Shown one piece after another: positions 53,379 through 64,000 of a DNA stretch of 64,000 nt. The stretch's first letter is position 1; every line of letters begins with the position of its first letter. Below the pieces are notes generated by a model, which was not told the DNA's origin, did no database searches, and was given only the letters and a program-made list of their open reading frames with translations. The position numbers and the translations under genes are program-made. The DNA comes from Paragordius varius (taxonomy: Eukaryota; Animalia; Nematomorpha), in the NCBI GenBank assembly GCA_964247055.1, contig OZ176054.1, positions 9,486,001 through 9,550,000 on the forward strand. The letters run 5' to 3'.

Positions 53379-54427
53379 TTATTCATAATAGCTTCTTGCC
53401 GTATTTAGAATCAAAAAGAAAGTGATAGGCATAAAAAATATGCGATATATGATTCCCATAATCATAAGCAATTTTTACCGATTTAGTTTTAGACCCCTTA
53501 ATATTTTAGCCGTTAAGCCGACTCAAATTTGACCATATGAATAATCGTGAATTAGAAATCCCATACTAATATTTTTTATGGTTATAAGATTTAAAATTTT
53601 GGCCCACAAAAATGGTGGCACAATATTTTTCATACATTTTGCTATCGAAAGAAAAGTATGGGATTATACCCCTAAATATAAAATAGGACAAATAAGTTTA
53701 CCCATATACTTTGAATTAATTGAGCAAGGGAAATTAATGTGTTCAGAGTGGTAAATTCAAACGCTGTTAATCGTAAGAAATCCTGTCATAGGGTGGAGTA
53801 TATAAATAACCTTTACAAAATTTATAAGCTAAGGTATCAAAAAATACCATTTGGTACTTTATTATAATGATAACGGCTGGTTAAACTGTTTTACAAGGAT
53901 GTTTTTTCATACATATTTAAAAGAAGTAATTTAGAAGAATTGTTTAATGCTTAACACTGTTGAAATACATATCGCAGTATTTCGATAACGATATCACTAA
54001 TTTTGTGATTGCGTCGGAATGGATTATATAATCAGAGGATATTTTTTACAAAAAAGATTGTCATATATCAGGAGTCTTTAGCACAAATGCCTCGCGAGGT
54101 GCATTTTTGACCCAAAAAATCTGACGGACCGCATTCGAAAATGGCTATAATAGGTTTATTTTTAAATATAAAACTGTAAAATGCAAACACAATATTTTCT
54201 AGTTCCTGTCTGGATAGATTATTTAGAGAAATTGTTTAAGAAATATTAATATAATTTTTATCTGGGACAGATCAATGTAAAAATGTTTTTTCATGTCCTT
54301 ACTTATAACTCTGATGATTAACCAATTTTCTTAAACATTTTTTTGCAGGTTAATGCGATAAAATTATATTTAAATATAAATAATCATATGTTTAAATTTT
54401 GGGTTTAAGAAAATAAAAATAAATTAC

Positions 54428-54469
54428 CTTTTCAGAATGATTTCCCTCAAACGATTCATTTTCATCCAT
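54428..54469 (-). CDS. Candidate first coding exon of the BTB gene (MDENESFEGNHSEK)
   Basis: ATG followed by 14 codons ending AAG|gtaatt at phase 0, which matches the phase-0 acceptor at 49619. No homology support. Confidence 0.3.
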
Positions 54470-56483
54470 TATTTGAGATTATTTGCAAATCAAAAAATAA
54501 ATTTGTATCAAGGACAATTCCAAACATTTGTTAATTTAACAATATTTTTTATTACCGGACTTTCAAATTGAATATTGATAACATTATATTTAGATTGAAT
54601 TATGTTTTTAATTTATGATAATTGTAATATACTAACTCATCTTTTGTTTTTATAAATCTGTATATTTTTAAATCTCCTATTCGTACAAATGCTGATGAAT
54701 TAAACAAATCTTTAATATATGTATGTTATTGAAATTAGCATTGTGCATTTTTATTAATTAATTTTAAAATCATTTGTGTTGGAAAGATCAAACCATTTAT
54801 TTTCAAAATTTGCAATGATCTCGAATAAAAACTGATATGGGATACCTAGAGATTTATTTTACTAAATTATTTATCAAAGACATTATAAAAATTTACCGCC
54901 AAATAATTCTAAATTGGTTTTTAAAAGTTAACCATATATAGATATTGCATGATGTTAAATATCGCGGCACTAATTATTATTAGTCTAATTATAGCAGGGA
55001 TTTTTTATAAAAAACATAATGGGGTATCTTTCTCTTCTTTATTTATATAACATTTATTTTTCAATCCATTACATTTAATTTTCCGTCCAAATCATATTTT
55101 ATCAAATCAGGACTTTACCCATGTTTTTTCTTTTGTTCTCTGCGGAATGAAATCAAAAATTAAACAACTAATAATTGGAAACCGAATAATTAAGGCTATA
55201 TTGATCTGATTTAAAAAACATAAATCTCTCTTTACTTTAATTAACACTTCATAATTTTGGGATTGTTTTATATAGAGCGATTAAATTTAATTATCGTATA
55301 TAAGATATTAGGCGAATTCAAAAATATGCCTTATTTAGGTTTTAACATCATTCTTTCTTTGTCCTAGACATATTAGGGTAATTTTTATATCCCAGAGGTC
55401 AATTTCTTTAAACTACAGTTTTAAAAGTTTTTTAGTTAAAATTTAATTATCAAACATTGTTCTCATGTAATAAAAGAAACTTATATCTTTGTGACTTCTA
55501 TCTAGAATTGGTACAGGTCCCACGATGGAAACGAACAGCTGATATTAAAATCAATTTGAAAACTTTTGAAAGTTAATTACATCACCATAATATACACTTA
55601 TTTGCCTTTAGCATTAGCGATTCAAAAAATTTATAGAAATAAAATGGCGGTGAATAAGGTAAATTTTTTATTTTACATCTTATTAAAATATTTTTAAAGG
55701 CGCCTATAAGGCTATGGAAGGCATTTTAAATTCGGCTTAATACCTTAAATACTTTTTATAATATTCAAATCTCAAATCGCTCTGGGATATAAAACTACCC
55801 CCAATTGACATGCTTCATATTTTTTAAAATGTAACTGTAAAAACCTCATCTCGAACCTTTTCTCTGCCATTTTTTTCTATAAATTTTTGGATCGCCTATA
55901 CAACAGGTTTAAAATCTAAATAATTAACATTCAGCTTTCAGCTTACATATTACCAGCAAAAACTTGAAATTATTTTATAAGTTTATTTTAATCGTGCTTT
56001 GAAGCTAATATAAAACTCTTTTAGTTGCTTAATTGTAAATATAAGCTTTAATACAGGAAAAAAATGTTTGATAATTCAATTTTAACAAAAATAAATCAAA
56101 ACAGTAGTTTTTTACGAGATTGAGCTCTAGGATATAATTCTAAATATATCATAGTAAGCAAAAAAGTCAAAACATGAAGTATTAATAAAAAATGGATAAA
56201 CCTAATTAATGGCGATACGTAAAGAATAATTACCGAAACAATTAAGTTAAATGTTAAAAATATATCTGGGAAACAAGCGAAAGTATCTTCTAGATAGAAA
56301 TTGAAATGGTATATTAAATGTAAAGTAAAGTTACATAAAATAATTAATAATGGTTAAATTATTATTATTACATACACCAGGGGCTAGTCTTAAGTCTCTA
56401 TTGCTTTTATGGTAAATAACACGTTAAGAACAAATATTTGTTTTATTAAAATTAGGGATCTACTTATTTTTCACATTTCTAGG

Positions 56484-56514
<31 letters not shown>

Positions 56515-56517
<3 letters not shown>

Positions 56518-57480
56518 TTGCCAAAAAACAGATTTTTTTGCGGCTAACCATTTGTCAAGCCATTTTCCAACGTCTTCGAAATTAAAGTGCTGCTCTGCGA
56601 GTATGTGCCCCATTGATGCGAAGAGGTAATAACCAGACGGCGCCGGGTCCGGGGAGTATGGCGAATGTGGAAAGGTCCCACCGAAGCGATTTTAAGCAGT
56701 ATATTACAAGTTGTAGGAAACCAGCATTGTCTGCCATGTCTTCAGCGTCCCGTATTTCGATTTCATATTTAAACATTTGTTGGCGATTGGAATGCATATT
56801 AATGGCTTTATCGGGCTTCAAAAATTTATACACAATGCTATGGTCCCATCAGACACAGAACATGGTCTATTTGTCCAAGCGATTTGTCCTTGGTGTTGAT
56901 GGCAAACTAAAAGCCCCGGTTTTTCCACTATGGATTTACAAATTAGGGCCACTTCTCATTACCAGTTACAACTCGATGCATAAATGATTTAATTACACGA
57001 CGTTAAAGCAGGATTTCACATATCACTTTGCGATTTTCTTTTTTATGTTCATTTAAAAGTGTGTTACTTGATCCTTGGTATCAACTGATTGTTAAGATAC
57101 TTCTAATTTTTCTGTCAACTGCCAGTGAATTTGAGATGCATCCTTCAATAACTCTTTCGTTTACAGGTGTAGGCTACCAAGCGCCGACTCTTTTTCACAT
57201 TAAAATCAAAACTGAGTTGTTGACACCATGTTTATGTTTAATTCAAGGGAGCATGTTCATTATATATCTCTACCAGAAAACAATGTTCAATAGCCCTTTT
57301 CTTCTGATGGAAAAAAAATGCGGTCTCAAATAATTCCAAGGACAAAATTAGACTTGATTGCAAAATAATAGAAGTAGAGCGCTAGATTTTGGCGAACTTA
57401 GCGTGTTTATCGTTTGTCAGATAAATAAAATGAGTGTTATAAAAAGCTATGTCTTCTCTTAGTTAAACCGATATGACTAA
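56515..57480 (-). mobile_element. Decayed mariner transposon, Mos1 (mauritiana-subfamily)-like
   Basis: Frameshifted remnants: LLNEHKKENRKVICEILL, HRVVTGNEKW, TMFCV*WD, PHSPYSPDPAPSGYYLFASMGHILAEQHF..KWLDKWLAAK. The 3' end is cut off by a (TA)n tract and no intact TIR pair is visible. Confidence 0.85.
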
Positions 57481-57689
57481 TTACTACTAATAATAATGTA
57501 AAACAAAATTTAATTATTGGGTCACTCTTGTAATAAAAAGTTTAATTAGGAGTTTGCCAAAGTAAGGTAAAAAATTTATTCTTATGAGTTGATTATTTAT
57601 TAATGCTTAAAAAAATTTATTTTTAAACCACGTGTTAAAGTGCCATATCATTAAATCATAGATTAATTTGCGTATTATTCAATTTTCAC

Positions 57690-58478
57690 ATGTCTCACAA
57701 CCCAATAGATTTTTATTTAATGCGGGGTAGCGGGCCCTGCAGAGCAGTATGGATGACGGCCAAAGCATTAAACATTCCTTTAACATTGCATGACGTAGAT
57801 TTGATGAAGAAGGAGCAAATGAAACCTGAATTCTTAAAGGTATGCGTTTATACACAATAATAGTTATATTTTAAATTATAACATTGTTATCTCATGCAGA
57901 TCAATCCTTTTCATACCGTGCCTACTATAAGCGATAACGGATTTAATTTATGGGAAAGGTAATTTTTAATTAATTTAAGTCGCGCCATAATGACGTATCT
58001 TGCTAATAAAGCTAATGATGATAAGTTGTACCCCAAGGATATACAAAAAAGAGCCATTGTTGATAGTCGCCTTGATTATGACTTGGGGACTCTATATCCT
58101 CCATTGCGAGATTATGCAGTACATTTAAATATTTAATGTAAGTATGGACCGGCTCTTTTTGGCAAGGAAAAGGATACCGAAAAGGAAAAAATTATGCACG
58201 AAACGATTTCTAAGTTGGAAGAGTTATTGAATCATTCTAAATACGTTGCAGGTTTACCTAAATAATTTATACCTATTTTCTTTATTACAAATTTAGGTGA
58301 TCATATGACTATTGCTGATTTTTCTGTTTATTCAAACATCTCGTTTTTACGCATGGTTAGCTTTGATTTTGACCGTTATCCAAAGATAAGTGCTTGGATG
58401 AAAGAAATTAAAGCATTACCTTTCTACAATGAAGTTAATCAAGGTTTTGAAGACTGGGTCAAGCACGCTAAAAAATAA
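57690..58478 (+). CDS. Cytosolic glutathione S-transferase, Delta/Epsilon-like, 5 exons
   Basis: Exons 57690-57839, 57900-57958, 57980-58118, 58143-58251, 58297-58478 give [101 protein letters not shown]. Missed by the ORF track because of its short exons. Confidence 0.95.
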
Positions 58479-59241
58479 ATGCATTATATTTATTATTAAT
58501 CTAGGTCAGCTTATTATACACACCTTTGCGAATAATTATTTATTATTATTATTATTTATATCACCTAACATATTTACGCCTTTTGTAGCACGCAATTAAC
58601 TTTAGCACAACATTTAGCTATTTAATATAAAATAAATATTATATATAATTTATGAAGAGGATATTATATATATATATATATATATACCCTTGGAACACGG
58701 CATTTTCTAATAGATACTAAATTTTTCTAATAAGCATCGTCACTTGATGAAAGAACAATCAATTTATGTTTTTATGTTATATTGTTTAAATTTACAACGG
58801 TTTCGCTATGAATTCATGATAGGCGTTTTTATATTTAAATAGGAAGAAATCACGAAACTACTAATATTTTGTGGTTTTTAATTCAAACTTGCTATTTTAT
58901 AATATGGGTATTACGTTATATTGGATTAACAGCCTCTCGAATCTAAAAATAGTCGCGGCAGTTTGCATTTGGAGAGATACATATAATCACCTAGCAGTTA
59001 ACTGTTTTTAAATTTTATTAACCATTTTTCAAGCACAAACAACAATTTTTTTGAAAATAAAAAAACCTTTTTTATTTTAGACATATTAAATTTTAAGTTA
59101 ATGTAATTTAATTTTAGCGTATAATTATAAATTTTATTGTTTTATCAATATTTAATGGTAAATTAAAACATTTTAATTTTGCTCATAAATTCCATTATCT
59201 ATTTATATTGTTTTACAAAAGTTTCACCTAACCAATATATA

Positions 59242-59520
59242 CGTTTTGCGCTTCAAGATTGTCCTTTAAATTTAGAGTTGTTCCTAGAACACTTCAAGTT
59301 GGTCCTTCAATATTTTAATTTTGATCCTAACTTTTATTAATAAAGCGATAAAATATTCATCCCTCCTATCATTTTTAACCTATTTTCTTTATTTAACCTA
59401 AAATTTTAAGTGAATACCATTTCTTTCATAAGAACCGTATATCCTTACTATTTTCTTAAAAAATTAACTATATTAAAAAATATCTTTGATCGTAATATTT
59501 AGTGTAAAACATTAATAATT
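59242..59520. mobile_element. MITE family A-like partial copy
   Basis: The left end TTTTGCGCTTCAAGATTGTCC..CCTAGAACACTTCAAGTTGGTCC matches 4035-4140. The right boundary is approximate. Confidence 0.55.
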
Positions 59521-59914
59521 TATAATATTAAACATAAAATAAGTTAGAAATAAATAAAGGTAATTTTATTATGAAAATATTAATTTTGATACAAAAAATA
59601 CTAATAAATAAAGTTATTAGTTTAGATATAAAACAAATAATTTACATATAAAAATACAAACTGCAAAAAATGTAAAGAATTTTGAGTGAAGGATAACTTT
59701 AAACTTTCAAAAGCGGAAATTGTATATATTGATTAGGTGAAACTAAAGTTGAAAAGAAAAAATAATACTATAAATAAATAATGCAATTTATTCGCAAAAT
59801 TTTGATGAGATAAAACAATAAAAATCATTGAATGTCAAACTTTTATTATTTCCCCAATCAAATAAATGCAATCGTTTAAAATAAAAAAATTCTATTAAAT
59901 TTAAATAAAATTGT

Positions 59915-60055
59915 TGTTTTTGCTTAAAAAAATGTTGTCTTTGGTTGAAAAAATGTTGCGTTTAGTTGAAAAAATTTTGTCTTTGCTTGAAAAAATGTTG
60001 CGTTTGCTTGAAAAATGTTGCGGGTTGGAAAAATGTTGCATTTGGTTGAAAAAGG
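59915..60055. repeat. About 22-bp degenerate minisatellite (AAAAAATGTTGCGTTTAGTTGA)
   Basis: About 6 units are visible; a reverse-complement relative occurs at about 23770-23820. Confidence 0.8.
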
Positions 60056-60502
60056 ATGTTTTTGCATTAAAAATGGTATATATAAAAATTTATTAATATT
60101 AGACAATTAGCAAAAAAGTTGCAAATAGATATTAGAAATATGTATTATATATAATATATATTTCGCCTTGAATTGCTCAGATAAAATTTTAAAAGCCAAA
60201 AATGTGAAAACTAAACGCTTTTTCCCAAAAATATCAAAATATATATAATCTTTATTTTAAAGGCGAAACAATAATTTTAAAAAAAATATTTAGATAAGGT
60301 ATCCGATCTTAAATTTTTCTCCCTCAATAATAGGCCAGGTCTCTTAAAATAAACGCAAAAATGCCGAGATTTTGCGATATATTAATTGCTATATTATGGC
60401 ATCAAAAAATGTATTTTTGAAAAAAATGCTTACTTTGTTCAAAAATTAATTTTATTTTGTTGCAACGTACTTCATGTTATATCAAAGCATAACGGTATAA
60501 AG

Positions 60503-61606
60503 CAGTGGTACTCACGCGGTCCTAAGAGTTAAAAATTGCCCTATGACTATATTATTGATGAATTTTTAAAATACACATAAATGAATTTTCGCTTATTTTA
60601 ATATTATTTTATTTTCTTTAGATTTAATTATGGTAATTTTTATTTTTTGCCCAATTTGAAATGTCGAAAAATTTCCCTGCATTAAAATGATTTCAAAATT
60701 TTGGCACAAGTTGTTTCTGTTTGTGTATTCTATTTTCTTTTCTAGTTTGAAATTTTTATTGCATTCCTTTTTTGTATTTAAGCAAGCCTTTCACCCAAAC
60801 TTGCATATATATATTCTTTTCATTGCTATCCTGCATCATTTTTTATAACACATTCACATAAAATATCTTTCTAATCAACATCATTAAATGTCAGCCTGTT
60901 TGCATAATTTAAATTATATTCCTATTTTTTGAAAAAATAATATTTAAACATAATTTAAGGATGACATCTAATGCTAAAAAACGTAAATTCGATGAATATC
61001 GCTTCTTTAAAAAAGAATGGGGAGAAAAGTCGTTTTGAATAAAAATTTTGTTACCTACCTTATATGTAAGGACAACATAATTATAAAAAAATATAATATT
61101 AAAAGACATCTCAATGTGCGCTCTTCGTGAGATTCGGCAACGACAACATAATCAACGAGTATTTAAATTTTTACCAATAAATAATACCATGAAAAGAAGT
61201 GATTTTCTCGAAATTATTAGCACTTTTTTCGAAATAATGGTGTATCTATGAAAAAACTGGTTTCGATCTGCACAGATATCTGTCTCTCTGTGATTGGAAT
61301 AAATAAAGGATTTATTCCTCTTTTGAAAAACAAATATAATTTGAAAATATTTTATCATTTCAGCTTTATTCATCAGCAAAACTTGGTTTCGCGTGTAAAA
61401 GATGAATCACTCAATTTATTAATTAAAACGGTTGTGGATATAGTTAATTACATGCGATCCGAAAAAAAATCATTGTGTTGATTTTGAGTATAAATATGTG
61501 CATTTGTGTCAAATAGCTATAGAATATTTCCTATTATAAGGTTCATAGCCCTCGAAAAAAAATATATTTTATTTAGCCCGTCAAATTTCTTTGGTGAGTT
61601 CCACTG
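60503..61606 (+). mobile_element. hAT element of the same family, further deleted (1104 bp)
   Basis: Termini CAGTGGTACTCAC..GTGAGTTCCACTG with perfect TSD GTATAAAG (60495-60502 and 61607-61614). MTSNAKKRKFDEYRFFKKEW at 60961; KLVSICTD..IHQQNL..VVDIVNYMRS at 61248. Confidence 0.92.
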
Positions 61607-63059
61607 GTATAAAGCATTATATATTTTAAAAAGACTAATAATTCAATAATGCTGATTACTATAAAATATTTTAGTTAAAGTTTCGTTTGCTTTCAAAATT
61701 GGATGAAAGAAACAATTTATATCTAATATAAATTTTAAGACAAGCTAATTTTTTAATGAAAATTATATGGTTATAGAACAGCAAACAAGTGTTTTGAGAA
61801 TATTTTAAATACTGTTTCAATCCTAAAAATAGCATGAAATACGATTCGATGAATTTTTGATAAAAAAATTTTTTGAATATTAAAAATATTATTTTCATAT
61901 AACATAGCTTTTAATAAAATTTAATGTCGGCATTTTTGAGTTTTTTACAGGAGAGCTAACCCATTTTAGAAGGGGAAAAAATTTGGGGCTTTCGAAACTT
62001 ATATTTATAAATTTATACTTTATAAAAACAATATTGATTTTTATATGTGATATATTTTAGTGTTATTTTTTCAAACCAGCATTTGGCTTCATAAAAAAAT
62101 TTATTTGACAAAATATGCGCAAATTAGGCCATTTGATATGGAGCAGCTACTAGATAAGTTTAAATTATTTCCTAATATCATTCGTAAGTGTCAATCAGAG
62201 GTACTATGATGATCCTGATACATATTCCCATTAGAATATATGTACGTATATAAAATCAGGAATTTTTATCAAAAGCAAATTATTTTTTTAAGCATTAATT
62301 TGAAGTTTATAATCATAACTATATAATTTTTACTTTTATGACCTTTTAGAGTAGCTTTACCGAAAATTTGGAATTTGAATATCTCAAAAGGTATTTAAGG
62401 TATTAGGCCGAATATAATCTTTTCTTTATAGCCTTTACCACAACACTTCGTAATCGGGGATTATACAAAAACTGAGGAAAGAAATGTATCAGGACGATCT
62501 GGTGTTTTTGGTTTTTTGGCCCTGATGTGAGAAAGTTATTTACATATTTAATTACATATCAGAAAATGACAAAATTCGCGCACATTTTTTTCAAATTTGG
62601 TGAAAACAATATGCTTCTTACCAAAAAATATCACTAAAATATATTATAAACCACCTATGAAAATTAAAACTATAAAAAATGGGGATTTTCGGAGATAACA
62701 TCTGAAAATTAAAAATTGTAAAATTATTGTTTTGCTTTTTACTATTTTATGATGTATCTATTAGGGATATTTTTGGAATGAAACATTAGCTTTCACCAAA
62801 AAAAATTTTAAAAGCACGAATTTTGTTATTTTGTAATATGGAGAACTTATCATAAAAGCGTAAATAATAAATTTTTTATCGCTGTATAAGACTTTACCAT
62901 TTGGTGTAGTTTTCTATCAGAGAGCGATTAGAAATTTGATCTTTAATTTAAAGTAAGCCGAATTTTAAAATATGCTTTGATTAGCCTTTTAGAGGCATTA
63001 TACAAATAAACTTTCCAAAAATTTAAAATTGTAACAAAATCTGATCACTTTTTTACCGT

Positions 63060-63630
63060 TATTTTTTCTATAAACTAATACTTGGATAAAACACATTCAT
63101 TTTAGTCCTTCGATTCAAAACCCCAGGTCTGTTTAAAATTAAATTCTCTAAAAAATATGGATGGAATCGAAACAATCTCAAAATTTTGCACTTATGTAAC
63201 ATTAATAAACCGAAATACATAAAAAAATTTAATAAAAAATAATTAATATTACTTATTTTAAGCTAAAACCGAAATAAAATTTCGTCAACGTCACATGTGT
63301 ACAATGGTAAAATTGAAAAGTAATACAAAATAAACGGCTTTTTCTATTTCTAACAATGTTATATGTATTTTAAATATAAAATTAGCTTTAACTATACCCT
63401 TAAAATTAAATGAATACGATATTTTGCAAAAATTTTCTAAAATAAAAATGGCGTCGAAGTAGCTTGATATAGAACTTTTTTACAAAACCAAATTTTATTG
63501 GGCTTGTTTATATAATTTTTATTAGGATAGAAGGATAAATTTGAATTGAGACCGTTTCTTTCAGTAGTTTTTTAAAAATAACTCAAATTTAAGTCTGAAG
63601 TATTTAAATACCCCAATTTGAATCGAAGTG
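63060..63630. mobile_element. Inverted copy of the MITE at 32982-33546
   Basis: 63100-63220 and 63540-63630 match the reverse complement of 33380-33520 and 32980-33070. Ends GAAGTG|TTAA. Confidence 0.65.
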
Positions 63631-64000
63631 TTAAATCACTAATGCATTATACAAATAAATGTATATTATGTTTAGAAAATAAATATTAACTTTAAAAAGC
63701 GCCCAGACTACATTTTCATTAAAATCTTATTTTGATTATAATTAGCTGTTTGTTTCAATTTTATGCTATAGAGCTGTCCTAGAATCCTGAAAGCGCTGAA
63801 AAAAATATAAGCTCTTTTTCTAATATATAAGAACACTTGAATAACTTTCAAAAGAGTAGTTTATTCACAAGATTGTGCTCTGGAATAAAACAATACAATA
63901 ACTGATCGTGGAAAAGTTTTATAAAGTGATATGCTTATTTTTAGGTTTTAATAATGTAAGCATGTTATTATGATTCTGTAAAATAAATTACTGCAATATT

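Noticed and set aside
56582-56987. ORFs 56582-56833 (-) and 56613-56987 (+)
   Set aside because: These are off-frame or antisense readings of the decayed mariner.
59911-60106. Overlapping ORFs on both strands
   Set aside because: They are produced by a 22-bp tandem repeat.

Overview
Very AT-rich, intron-containing animal-type genomic DNA using the standard code; the host species cannot be identified from sequence alone. I assembled five host genes by hand from splice sites, reading phase and recalled protein similarity: DHX38/PRP16 (minus, runs off the window start), SART3/Prp24 (plus), a VWA+Cache alpha2delta/CACHD1-family gene (plus), a BTB-BACK gene (minus) and a Delta/Epsilon-like glutathione S-transferase (plus). 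Introns and intergenic space hold many transposon relics: two RTE-like LINEs plus a fragment, two hAT elements with perfect 8-bp TSDs, two non-autonomous Helitrons, a decayed Mos1-like mariner, a tRNA-derived SINE and several MITE families. Two features stand out. First, six frame-supported spliceosomal introns are only 21-24 nt long and sit beside multi-kb introns, with degenerate splice signals. Second, the two spliceosome genes DHX38 and SART3 are head-to-head with only 12 bp between their first in-frame ATGs. No database searches were run; gene names rest on recalled motifs.
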